A stretch of 62,495 nucleotides of DNA, counting the filler, from Rhabdomonas costata (taxonomy: Eukaryota), in assembly GCA_019059605.1 (NCBI GenBank). It is 18 parts of 18 records of this genome, joined end to end, with 100 filler letters (N's around TTAATTAATTAA, not from the genome) between each part and the next. Parts side by side here need not be neighbours in the genome. Positions count along the whole stretch, not along the records: positions 24,428 to 27,792 come from JAHMHO010000935.1; positions 27,893 to 31,259 come from JAHMHO010000936.1; positions 31,360 to 34,762 come from JAHMHO010000937.1; positions 34,863 to 38,233 come from JAHMHO010000938.1; 14 more parts are not named here. One strand, given 5' to 3'. The notes below the pieces were generated by a model. That model did not search any database, was not told the DNA's origin, and worked only from the letters and a program-made list of their open reading frames with translations. A program made the position numbers and the translations under genes. Positions 25,393-36,895 of this stretch are shown one piece after another. How positions within the stretch are numbered: the first letter of the stretch is position 1; each line of letters starts with the position of its first letter.

Positions 25393-27912
25393 AGGTGTTT
25401 GTGTGGTTGGTTTGTTTTTTTGTATGGGCCTGTTGGGAAAGTGTGTCTCCTCAGCGGTGCACGTGTGTTGACATTTTAGAAAAGGCTGTGTAAGTATCCA
25501 CGAGATATGCGCAGAGATTCAGGAAGCTGCTGCGCAGAAGGTAACGTATCCCCATTTCACAACTTAACACAAACACTTGTGGGTGTAATTATTTTTGGTT
25601 GCAATATTCACTGGCATAGTTACCCACCTCTCCGTTGCTCGATATTCAGTGCATTTCACCAACGCCCCGACCTGTTCGCATACGAAGTTCTGGTCGTGCC
25701 CGAATGTTTGCATAGTGAACTTAATACAAGAACCTTTTTTTGAATCTTCAATTTTCGCAGCTGTGACTGGGCCCAGTCTCCAAGAGTGCATCTGATATTA
25801 CTCTTTCGTTGGTCAAACTTTTCTGGATCACGAGAAAAGAGTACCTCGATCTCTACTATGTTTTTGCAGCGGCCACCGACCAATGCATTCCAGGCCTTTC
25901 GCGAGGCAGCACTGCTGGAGCCTTCGTGGAAGTTGATTTCATGCACCAAGTTAGAATCCATGCTTGGTATGATGCCTGCTTTGCATAAGCTTATCGTGCC
26001 GGGGAGTTGCTAGGGATGCATTACTGATCGGTGGCCCTGGGTGGTTAGTGGCGGATTCCTTCTTTTAGGTCTTTCGGATTAGATATCCACTCTTCACTCC
26101 CCGGATCCCCCGATTTGCATGGACGCGGTGCAAGGTCCCGCAAACATACACACGAACACAACTAAACTGTTCCTTTCGTGCCGCTGATCATACAAGCTCT
26201 TGAGTTTTTTCCAGTAGGAGACACACCGCAGACAACGCACAACGCACAAAACACCATCTTCACGCCCGCATCCTTCAGAGTGTTAGGCGCTTATCGCATC
26301 CAGGTTCATCCCTCACCGAAACGCGCTGACAATACGCCAATATGTGTGAGTTCCTTCTTTGACTCCTTTTGGAAGCTGGGCTGAATGCTCTAGGTCTTCC
26401 GGCAACGGCAACGGCATCTGCTCCTGTCCCAATTGCCTCACATGAGGGAGGTCCATGCATTAGTTTATATTTGAGCCGAAGTTGTGATCAACAATGCAAC
26501 CCCCCCCTCCTATTTCCTAGCTGTATGGTTACCGCACATCTTCCTACATTCACCCGTTCACTCACCCACTCACCCATTCGCTCACTCGATGGCACTTTCA
26601 GTGACTTCGTGGAATTCCCTTCCGGAAGCCGACAAGATCCTGTGGATAAATTTTGGGGAAGAACAGGTACTTCCGTGTTTGAATACAGAGAGGTTTCTGG
26701 GACACCACTTTTCTTCGTCTTAACGCTTTTTTACGGTGAACGTGAATCTCCTTGGGGATTGTTTCGATTCGTGTACCATGGGGTTCTGCAGGGGTCTAGC
26801 CGTTTCGGGCAAGCTCCTTTGGCGGTTGTACGCAGAATGTTTCTTCACAGTTGGCCACGAAGTTAGTTAAACTACTCAGAATTTGCAGTGCACCCCCACT
26901 CACCCACGCACCTCCCACACACCTGCACACCTTACTGTGCATATGCCTTTCCTCGGATCGCATTCGGTTCGTTCACAGTGGGAAAGCAGTCGAAGGGTTC
27001 ACACCCGTGGTAATACCTTGGTCTGGAATGGCAGTGAGTGGTGGTAACAAAAGCTCTTCTCAGCGCGCCTTTCAACTGTCTCAAATGGAGTTGCTGTCCA
27101 GCTCGCTGCCACCATTGCTGGCATGCCCTTTGCAGGCTGCGAAGCGGCAAGCTGAGAAGCCACAGACTGTGAAGCGGCAGGGCGCTTCTTCCTCGAAGAA
27201 CGCCATCTATGGTAGGTCCCTTCACAGGGCTTTTGCTCAGGGAGAAGATTCAGGGAGAGTGGATGGTGGTGGTGGTGGTGGTGGTTGCAAAGGATCAGGT
27301 ATATGTGAGTCTCCGGGCTAGCAAACCATTTACATGGCGTTAGGTGGTGATGCACGCGCCCGGATATTTCCAGGATGTTTTGTACCACTGCGCTCCACGC
27401 CCACAACTCTGGAACCCGTCTGATGCGGCCAATCAGACTCATCGTCACATATTTGGAAAACGTAAGATTTCGACGGCAGCCCCCCCCCTCCCGATGGACT
27501 CGACGGGCCCAGGCACACAGGCAAGTGATCATAAAATAGGCAGAAGTGTCGCTCCAACGGCTTCTTGTATTTCCGTGTGTATCACTTCCTTCGCAGACCC
27601 GGTGCAGTTTCCATCGGATTACCGTGACAGAGACAATACCATCGCAGCGCAACCGCGGAGCAGCTCCTCGGTCGGTCCCCGAGGCCCGTCTAAGACAACC
27701 GCTGTGGGCGCCGGAGAGTCGCTTCAGGACTCACATCAGGGCTCTTGGGCGACGAGCGCGGCCAGGGAGAGCCCCACAACCCACCCAAACAANNNNNNNN
27801 NNNNNNNNNNNNNNNNNNNNNNNNNNNNNNNNNNNNTTAATTAATTAANNNNNNNNNNNNNNNNNNNNNNNNNNNNNNNNNNNNNNNNNNNNTTGCAAAG
27901 GTGCTCCTTTTT

Positions 27913-28329
27913 TTAATTAGTTGAAGGTTGAATATTAGTAGTATCTGGTGCTTTAATCGAAGGATTTGATTGACCACTACCAAATAAAGTGGAGCCAGCA
28001 GTACCCATGATTGTTGGTAAAAATAGAAGCGATGCTCCAACTGCCAAGAGGATCATTGGTTTGCTTAAAGGTACTTGCTGAGGGTTATCTTTATGAGCTT
28101 TAAATTGGAGCATTCCCGCTAAAGCAAAAGCTACACCAACTACATAAGCAATTACCACTATAAGTGTGTATAGGGTTAAAATTTGTCCTTGAACATTGCT
28201 TACCATTTTACCTAGAGATGGTGAGGGATTACCGCTAGCATATACAGGAGTAACTACCAAAATTGTTAAGCATAACCCTATTAAGTATTTACTTACTCTT
28301 GATAACATAGGTAATAATTTAGTATTCAT
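27913..28329 (-). CDS. icmD: Dot/Icm type IVB secretion protein IcmD (DotP)
   Basis: IcmD-type motif AYVVGVAFALAGMLQFKAHKDNPQQVPLSKPMILLAVGASLLFLPTIMGTAGSTLFG. Intronless, AT-rich, with AAGGAG upstream and the expected position after icmC. Confidence 0.9.
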   Translation of the reverse strand: MNTKLLPMLSRVSKYLIGLCLTILVVTPVYASGNPSPSLGKMVSNVQGQILTLYTLIVVIAYVVGVAFALAGMLQFKAHKDNPQQVPLSKPMILLAVGASLLFLPTIMGTAGSTLFGSGQSNPSIKAPDTTNIQPSTN

Positions 28330-28338
28330 ATGAAAACA

Positions 28339-28344
28339 CTCCTT
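28339..28344 (-). promoter_or_regulatory. Shine-Dalgarno site of icmD
   Basis: Minus strand reads AAGGAGtgttttcatATG. Confidence 0.75.
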
Positions 28345-28395
28345 GCTTTATTTTAATAATATTATTATATAACTTATATTAAATTTATTCTAGTT

Positions 28396-29034
28396 TTAAG
28401 GATGGAACATTATAGTAGATAATGCTTGTATAGTAGGAACAAAGTTAACAGCTAGAACCCCACCTATAATATGTACCAAACCTTTACCAAATGTGCCTGG
28501 TTGTGCTCCCGATTGACCAACATGGGCCAATATAAACCAACCTCTAGCAAAAGCGATAAAACCTATCAATTGAATAAACATAACAACAGTATCTATTAAC
28601 CCAGCCCAATCTTGACCTGTCCCAAAGCTAACGTAGCTCATTAATTCATTACTGGCATTGGCATCATAATTAGCGCTGACATTTATATTGATAGTGTTGC
28701 CATAATCGTCTTGAATAGTAACAGCAGAGTTATTAAATAATAGGTTTATACCACTACCAAATATTGAAACAGAAAAAACATTAGCAGTTGTCGGGATATA
28801 CAATAGGACAGCACCAATAATAATCGATACAAAGGGACCAACCACTTCTTGTTTTTGTTGATGCACTTGACCAAAATTACGCAGCGCGGTGATCCCTCTA
28901 ATGATAAAAAACACCCCACTTACAAACGATACTATTAGCACTAAATTAGTTAATGGTAATATTAAAGCCTTTAGGTTAGTTAAAATTTGTTGTATGTCTA
29001 AATTACCGAGGGTGCCCCCTGTACGTAGGCTCAT
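28396..29034 (-). CDS. icmC: Dot/Icm type IVB secretion protein IcmC (DotE)
   Basis: Four hydrophobic segments with IcmC-type motifs (GPFVSIIIGAVLLYIP; IQLIGFIAFARGWFILAHVGQSGAQPGTFGKGLVHIIGGVLAVN). ATG overlaps the icmG stop (ATGA). Confidence 0.88.
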   Translation of the reverse strand: MSLRTGGTLGNLDIQQILTNLKALILPLTNLVLIVSFVSGVFFIIRGITALRNFGQVHQQKQEVVGPFVSIIIGAVLLYIPTTANVFSVSIFGSGINLLFNNSAVTIQDDYGNTININVSANYDANASNELMSYVSFGTGQDWAGLIDTVVMFIQLIGFIAFARGWFILAHVGQSGAQPGTFGKGLVHIIGGVLAVNFVPTIQALSTIMFHP

Positions 29035-29718
29035 CTAAGCACTACTCCCGAACTGGTTCTAACAAGATTATTAGCGGCATCTATTAAAGCAATTTTACCA
29101 TAATCACCTAACGAATCACCTTCAGCTACAGTAATAATTTGTCCCGCGGAAGATTTTAACCACACACGACCTGGAATTACAGCGTGAACTACGTACTCTG
29201 GTGTATTACTAAATAAATCTTGTTCTGATGGTCTTACATTAGCTGCTAAATCTAAGTCTTCTTCTTGAATGTATTTTTTTACTTTTTTAACGTCTAGAGA
29301 TAGTCCATCTACCGTATTAGCGAGATTTAATATTTTGGTATCGATGTTATTGGTACTATTGTTAACATTATTAATTGAGTTTGATTTTTCTTGTAACGTA
29401 TTTTGTAGTTCCCTAATTTTATTGGCATTAAGAGCTAAATCATTAGTAATGTTTTCTATAGAAGTTTTTAGTTCAACAATAGTTTCTTGGGTACGATAAT
29501 TATGATTAGCTTGTAATTGATTAGCTTGTAATGCATTTTGATGTTCGAAGCCGCTAACTTTGGTTGGTTGTTCTATAGGTATGTTAATTTCGAAGTTATT
29601 AGAATTAGTAGTAGCGCTTTGATCGGTTGGTGTCGATGTAGCTGGTTCATGGATTGATTCCGTAGTTGGTGTTGCCAGTTGTTGAGCGGTTGGTTCCGTA
29701 GTTGGTGCTGCGAGTTGT
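29031..29718 (-). CDS. icmG: Dot/Icm protein IcmG (DotF), 5'-truncated; absent from the ORF track
   Basis: Hand translation is open from 29750 to 29031: Pro/Thr-rich linker, coiled coil, then the DotF-type C-terminus YVVHAVIPGRVWLKSSAGQIITVAEGDSLGDYGKIALIDAANNLVRTSSGVVLR*. Confidence 0.88.
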
Positions 29719-31257
29719 CCTCGGGAATCTCTTTGGGGTCCGCAGCACCTTCACGTTCGGAGTCCTTCAGGGGCTCCGCTGAGGCAGGCGCTTCCAAGAT
29801 GAGCTTGCACAACTGCGCGGACACCAGTAAACATAAGTGTATCAAATGCAGAGCAGCTAGGCGACGAAAAAAGAACGAGGCTTTCCGTCTAGATCAGAAG
29901 TCATAAAAACCAAAAATGCGAGACTCATCGATAAAGTGCTCAATTGGCTGTCTGAACCTAAAAAAAAAGCAACAAGACTTTTTTTTTTGGTCTAATGCAC
30001 TTTAGATGCCTGGCGTTGCTAAGGCAGGTGTGTCTTCTTCCTTCGAATGAATGAGCGGCACCGAAGGGTGCAAGCAGGTTAAGAACAACCTTCTCTCCAA
30101 TGGCGGGAGGGATCTCTTGGCCATCACGGCACATCGAAAGAACTTGGAAGCACTCGCCGGCATTTGCCTCCGTGCACACAACATTGCGGGTGGATTCCCA
30201 CTCCACGCGGAAGCAGTCCCCCAGCGTCTGCAGGACCCTCTTTGAGCACTTCCACGGCGCCTGGGCATCAACAAAATGGGAGAAGGGAGCAGCATCTAAT
30301 GCCTGCATCGCCAAAGCAAGGCAAAAAGCACTTGGAAGGTGTGGAAGTTGTGAGAGAAATGTGGCGAGCGAATATACGCACCCTGAGCTTTTCCGACGGC
30401 ATGCTAGTCATCCGGCAAAACCCCAGAAGGCGGTTAGTCCCCACTGCGCAGAACACCAGGGTAACGTTGCCCTCCGCGAAGGCCCGCACGAGGTGCACCT
30501 GGCTCCTCTTGTGGGTGGCCCAGAGCCCGACGTCAGTGGAGATGCTGATGTTCGAGTACGGAGCTCTGATGACAAAGAACTTCCGCGGCATTCCATTGGG
30601 CTGCGCACCACCCTCGCCAGCCACCTTCCCCGGGGTGTCCTTTGCGTGAGCCTCGCCAGCGCCTTTCCCCGGTGCATTTCCGATTCCATGGTGCTGCGAG
30701 TGGGGGTTGGGGTAGTGGTGAGGAGCGTATATCTGAGGCCGGCGGGGGAAGTTGTCTGAGGCCGACGGGCGGCCTCCAGGTGGAGGCCCGATGTCGTCGC
30801 TGACGGTGCCGTGGCCGTTCTCCCACAACAGCTGGCACAGAGCGTTGCCCAGGTCTGGGGGAACTTCCTGGACTTCAGCGCACAGGGTGACCAGCTTACC
30901 TTCACTCCAAGGGTTGGTGTAGCCGCTCGGGATGACGTCACAGGTGCAGTACCAGCTCACGTCGAAGGCATCACTCAGAAGGGTGAGTGGAGTGCCCCTC
31001 CACTCCGGGCGCGGCCGGCTCCGGGGTAGAGAGTCCATTCGGAAGAATCCTCGGAAGTGGGTGGAGTATAGAGGGGAGAAGAGCAAAATGACGCGGCCGT
31101 CGTGGTAAGCCTCCAGGAGCTTCGGAAGTTGATTCCGATTCACGGCGTAGCTGTTGGTTCGGATCGATAGCTTCATGTTTCTCTCATCCGATTTGGTCAC
31201 AAAGAAACGAGTGGGCCGAACCGGCGGAGGAAACATGAAGCTATCGATCCCACCCAA
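29719..31257 (-). CDS. Eukaryotic protein with two tandem YTH domains (partial; exons 31257-30382, 30260-30090, 29812-29719)
   Basis: YTH1: RFFVTKS..NMKLS...VILLFS...HFRGFFRMDS...FDVSW...NPW...EVQEVPPDLGNALCQL. YTH2: KFFVIRA..NISIS...GLWAT...VTLVFC...LLGFCRMTS...FRVEW...RDGQEIPPAIGEK|LCKL. Both GT-AG introns are phase 0. Confidence 0.88.
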
Positions 31258-31616
31258 CCNNNNNNNNNNNNNNNNNNNNNNNNNNNNNNNNNNNNNNNNN
31301 NNNTTAATTAATTAANNNNNNNNNNNNNNNNNNNNNNNNNNNNNNNNNNNNNNNNNNNNGTGTGGGTTGAGGCGTCCGCTCTTCAGGAAGTTCGGTTAGA
31401 TTGGAAAGAAACCCGTTTGTGTGGATGAGGGCAATGTTACTGGCAGGGATCAACTAAAGAGTTCCTGTCAGACATGTCCTGTTTTGCTATCATTTTTGTC
31501 ACTCTCAAGGTTACTCTCCAGGTTCTAATTGCTAAGGGTGATAGGTTTAACTTCTCTTCCCCCGGAGTGTCGGAGTGTGGGGTTTCCTGCTCTGTGCCCG
31601 TGCCCGTGCCCGTCAG

Positions 31617-32161
31617 GTGCTGTCCACGGACATGGGCAACCACGCCAAGATCTTCAACAATTGGAAGCGTAGGATTGGTCAGGACCATGACCTGCACAAG
31701 AAGAAGGACGACCAAAGGTGTCCATTTCAAATTATAGAGTGGTGCAGAACTTGCAACTGTCCAGCACAGCGCCGAGTGAAGAGCATATGCTTTCGAGAAT
31801 GTGTGCAGATTTGAAACGTGTCCATAATTGTGAAGTGGCACACATCAGCCTACCAGGCTTTTCCAACCTGATAATACACCTTGCTCTTCGGGGGGGGCCT
31901 CCCATTTGTCCCCTGTGACTAAGGCTGGCGTTGTCCATGGCGATCAAAATGGCCGACATCAGCAACTGTGGTCGGCCCGAGCACCTGTACTTGAAGTGGG
32001 GTCAGAAGCTCGCTGCAGAGTTCTTCCTGCAAGGCGACAACGAGCGCAACCGAGGCGACGCAGTATCCCCGTTCATGGACCGCTTCGCTCCTAGTATGGC
32101 AAAGAGTCAAATCGCCTTCATGAACTACATCGTCATCCCAATGTTCGAAAGCATCGCGGAG
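31617..32161 (+). CDS. Class I cyclic-nucleotide phosphodiesterase, catalytic-domain exons 31617-31717 and 31924-32161
   Basis: VLSTDMGNH...; AIKMADISNCGRP...W...LAAEFFLQGDNER..G..VSPFMDR...AKSQIAFMNYIVIPMF. Confidence 0.93.
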
Positions 32162-33480
32162 GTACTTTCCCCCACCTCTCTGTGTGTTCTCTATAGTTTT
32201 CTATGGTCTCTGTGTTTGTGTGCTCTCTATGGTTTTCTCTCGCGATTACCTTTCTGCGATTACACATGCATTGCAGTGCGCTTGACGAATTAATTTTCGA
32301 AGCAAAAGGCCAGAGAGCAAAGCCCGGAGTGGGATTGAGGAGGCTCGAGGCCCGAAAGGGCTGCATGGGCGTCGTGCCAGTCGGGTCCCCATGGATGACT
32401 CCCTGTGAATGGGTCGTGTGGAGGTGGCCACTATGTAGCAAGCGATACGAAAAGCACAGCGAGGTATAGAGTGGACTGTGAACGGTAGTGGGACCCGAGA
32501 GTGTGTCATGGAGGGAGGCAGCACAAAGAAAATGGGGGAGCTCCTCATACTCCTTTGACTCTTGCTGTTGCCAAATGCGCAAAGTATGGTAATTATTTTG
32601 ACGCATTGTGAGAATGCAACCTTGCTGTATGGGTTTGCTCCGCTGCTCTCCTGTTGTGCAGTATCTTCCGGAGATGCACTTCTCCGTCGACCTGTGCGAG
32701 TCAAACAAGAACTACTGGTCTCAGAACGACGACAGCCTGTAGCCAGCCACATTCGGAAACTGCCTTCCGAGCCAAGTTGCAATTCCTCTCAAGGCGTGAG
32801 ACACAGTAGTGGTTAGGGTTACCTCCACCGGGTTTGGTTCGTTTTGGAGGCGGGCTCTCGGGACCCCGCATGGAAATGCTCTCATGTTGATGCTCTTCCC
32901 CAATTTCCCTCTTCTTTTGTTTCTTCCGTGCCGTGCCCCATGTCAACCACCCACCTCCTTTCCTCCCCCATGTCCATTCCCACATGGTGTATGTGTAGAT
33001 TGGGCCTGGGGCCTGCCCGCAGGACCTTGTACTTTGATGTTTGTTGATGTTTCACCGTATTGTCTTTTGCGGCAAAGGTTCAGTGGATGGGAATGTAGCT
33101 TTGCTGTTACCAGCACACCGGCCCGACTGGACCTAGCAACCCCCTTCCCTCGTGCCTACACGAATTACGTCCAGGATTTCAAGAATTATGCTCGCATTTT
33201 GAGTTCAGATCACTGCTGGTCGCGGTGTTGTTGGTCTGGCAGTAAGTTGATTACCAGTTTAGATCATCGGATCGTCTATCACAATGAACGCTGACCATCA
33301 GGCAGCCGTCGTCGAATTTTTCGAGTTTTTTTCTGCACAGCATTGTGGCTGGAGCAAACCCCTCCCCTTTCTCACCGAAATGTAAGGAAAGGATTTCTGA
33401 GGACCCTTCCTCCTGAGGTTGTGTTGGGCGGTGCTGGGGATGTGCTCCCATATCGGAGTGCGATACAAGCGTCCTCACAG

Positions 33481-34320
33481 TGCCAAGGATTGCCTTCCGC
33501 CTGCCTGCTGCGTGGATGCTGGCATCATCCACAGAGCCGGGCTCCCCACCTCCCAAGCGCCAGCGGGCGCCTGGCGGGGCCCCAAGCCCTGGCCCCGAGG
33601 GCAGCGACTCTCTGTGTCTGGACGAGGAGGAGGCTGGCACCAGGGCCAGCTGTGTGAGCAGGGGCACTGGCAGTGAGGAGGGTGGCTTTCTGCTGGACTA
33701 TCCCGAGGGTACCGTGCTGCACCCTGCTCGGCGTTCCGCCATGGCGGCGCGGGGGCAGTGTCCCAGCAGGTGGTTCACCGGGCAGGGAGTGCTGCTGAAT
33801 GTGCTGCAGGGAATGCGTGAGGGGGAGGCTCAGCAGTCCTCAGAGAGCTGGGAGTCTAGGTTCACTCTGGAGGAGGTGGGTGCATCACCCTCCCCCGTCC
33901 CCCTCTCGCGGTTTCTGCGTTTTCTGTTTTTTTTTCGGGTGCGTTTTGGGTATTCATATAATTTCGTGAAGGTTGTCAGCCGTCCGCACCTTCGGGCGGC
34001 CCTGGTGAGCAGCTACGGTCACAGCGACGAGCTTCTGCAAAAAGCTTTTGGAGGTGCCATCCCTACCACCTACTTCTTCTTCGTGCGGTGGTCTCTGTAT
34101 TACAAGTGCAGAATAGGTCCCAAGTTGGAGATATTTTCTGTGGTTGTTGGTATTGCTTGGGGAGAGGACGATAGTGGCAAGTCGGCTTCTTCCCGTGCCC
34201 CGTGCGACAGGTATTCCCACTGTTCTTGTTATTCATGAGAATGCTGAAAGCCGAGGACCGCAAGTGGTATTGAACCCGTTTCCCTCCATGTGGACGGACC
34301 TCGTGATCATTCCTAGGTGC
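33481..34320 (+). CDS. Hypothetical protein exons, possibly the N-terminal part of a tyrosyl-DNA phosphodiesterase 1-like protein
   Basis: GC-rich exon with NLS-like PPPKRQR, spliced to give SRFTLEE|VVSRPHLRAALVSSY, which resembles the start of the TDP1 catalytic domain. No HKN motif seen. Confidence 0.35.
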
Positions 34321-34681
34321 CCCTCGGCTGCTTCCCGGTGTGCACAATCCGATGGACGTTTGAACTAAAATATTTGGCCCGCCCTCAATCCTTCGATACT
34401 TTCTCATGGTTATACACTTCACTGTTTCTACGTTTCATCTCTTTCCCCCATTTTCCGGACAAGCGGTCTTCCTTCTTGCTTGCTTGCTTGCTTTCCTCTA
34501 ATCTAATTATTTAATTTCTTTATGCTTGTACCTTTCAGTGTGTATGACACAAATCAGTCTTTGCTTCTTTGCTTTGGTTGGAGATGGGTCCTTCTTTGGC
34601 ATCCACATATCGCCCCGAAAAGCCTTCGATGAAGGCTGTGTCGATTGCCTTCGGTGAAACCCAAATTGCGGGCATTTCCGG

Positions 34682-34723
<42 letters not shown>

Positions 34724-34870
34724 ACTGAGCAATTGGACAGAAATGGGAAATTCAAAAAAACCNNNNNNNNNNNNNNNNNNNNNNNNNNNNNNNNNNNNNN
34801 NNNNNNTTAATTAATTAANNNNNNNNNNNNNNNNNNNNNNNNNNNNNNNNNNNNNNNNNNNNGTTTGTGG

Positions 34871-35128
34871 GGCTGCTTTGGAGCTGCTGGAGAGAGGTCG
34901 TTTGTGCTCGAAAACAAGAGATGGAAAGCAGAGCTTAATCCGGAATTTTTGTTGGCATAAGCTCGAGGGAAAATTTTCCGAAAGAAGTTGATAGCTTAGG
35001 GCTGAGAGCAAGCGAGTACCCAAGCTTCTCCGATGAGCTTATGCCAACAAAAATTCCGGATTAAGCTCTGCTTTCCATCTCTTGTTTTCGAGCACAAACG
35101 ACCTCTCTCCAGCAGCTCCAAAGCAGCC
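34871..35128. repeat. Perfect 94-bp inverted repeat (34871-34964 / 35035-35128) at contig start
   Basis: Arms are exact reverse complements with a 70-nt spacer. Confidence 0.95.
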
Positions 35129-36364
35129 GTAAAAACCCAATAGTACTGATCCCAAGGAGTAAAAAAGTCTTTTCCTACTTTTCATACTGTCCCGTTTACA
35201 GAAGTTAACAGGGTCGAGTGCATCGTATACATGGGACTAGCTTATTGCAAGCTTCAATACACGTTTAGTTCCTAGCGCAGCAAGGGAGATGCAGCAATGC
35301 ATAGGTTTTCTACTACATGGCCGGGTTCCTTACCGGTAAGACTGAAAGGGAGCTGCGCCCCCTTCCCACCATAATTAGTAAAAGTAGCAGACAAAATGTG
35401 TGATAGCCAGCCGGGCTCTCGATGCTGTGTGTGGGGAAGTGATACCAGTAAAGCCTATGTGGTCCCGCAGTGTGCTGGCCGCGTCAGTCCGGGGTGGATT
35501 TGAATGAACAAGGTTCCATCTAGTTTTGGTTTATTTGTGCGTTTGCTTTGTGTTCATCATCACATCATCATCATCATCATCATCATCTTTTCTCTTATCT
35601 TCTGAAATGCACAGTTGCCGTGGGAATGAGGTCAACCCACATCAACGCGCGGCCCATTTTTGTTGCGAGAATCCAAGAAGGCACAAGACTTTGCAGACCA
35701 AAGCCAAACAGATGAATCACGTGACCAAACTGAGCACCAGCAGGCGCGCGCATACAAAAGGTTCACACTGCACAGGGTTGACCCTCTGCCCTAAATGTGA
35801 TTAGCATCACATCAAATAACGTACGAGAGCAGGACACGATGCGATTAAAATCACACCAGCAAAAAGGGCAAAAAACGGCGGATGTTTGGATAGTTGAACG
35901 GTTCCGACCCACCGAACTGGCAAACGCTGGCAAACGACAACGCAGCCCGGGGCCTGTTCGAGTCATCCCTTCATTCGTGGACGAAATGACAATATGCAAG
36001 AGACAAAGCAATTAGGCATTTCCCGCAGCCCAGTGTTCCGATTCGGCCCGCACCGGTGGGCTCGAGCGAAATTAGGGTGGCACCCTAGACCAAGTCCCGA
36101 GGCCCACCGCGGAGGCCATGCAACAGAGTTGAGCGAAGCAGGTGGTAGTTCCAAGGGGACAGCGGCTTCTGGTTGCTGAAAAGGGCAGATAAAATGCAGC
36201 AAGAAACCATGTGCCTTCTTTACGTGCAAAGCGATCCATTGCGCAGATAGAAGGAAGGCTAAAAGAACGGTTTATACCATTTGTGATTCTTAACCGCTTT
36301 GAAAAAGCTCAACAAGCATAACTGCTGAGCAGTTGAAGGATGAAGGCGGGCCTGCTGGAAAGAG

Positions 36365-36895
36365 NNNNNNNNNNNNNNNNNNNNNNNNNNNNNNNNNNNN
36401 NNNNNNNNNNNNNNNNNNNNNNNNNNNNNNNNNNNNNNNNNNNNNNNNNNNNNNNNNNNNNNNNNNNNNNNNNNNNNNNNNNNNNNNNNNNNNNNNNNNN
36501 NNNNNNNNNNNNNNNNNNNNNNNNNNNNNNNNNNNNNNNNNNNNNNNNNNNNNNNNNNNNNNNNNNNNNNNNNNNNNNNNNNNNNNNNNNNNNNNNNNNN
36601 NNNNNNNNNNNNNNNNNNNNNNNNNNNNNNNNNNNNNNNNNNNNNNNNNNNNNNNNNNNNNNNNNNNNNNNNNNNNNNNNNNNNNNNNNNNNNNNNNNNN
36701 NNNNNNNNNNNNNNNNNNNNNNNNNNNNNNNNNNNNNNNNNNNNNNNNNNNNNNNNNNNNNNNNNNNNNNNNNNNNNNNNNNNNNNNNNNNNNNNNNNNN
36801 NNNNNNNNNNNNNNNNNNNNNNNNNNNNNNNNNNNNNNNNNNNNNNNNNNNNNNNNNNNNNNNNNNNNNNNNNNNNNNNNNNNNNNNNNNNNNNN
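36365..36895. other. Scaffold gap of 531 N
   Basis: N run without the linker cassette. Confidence 0.99.

Noticed and set aside
29573..29845. 90-aa ORF as a genuine YTH-IcmG fusion protein
   Set aside because: The bacterial part is read out of the icmG frame. The ORF is just read-through across the junction.
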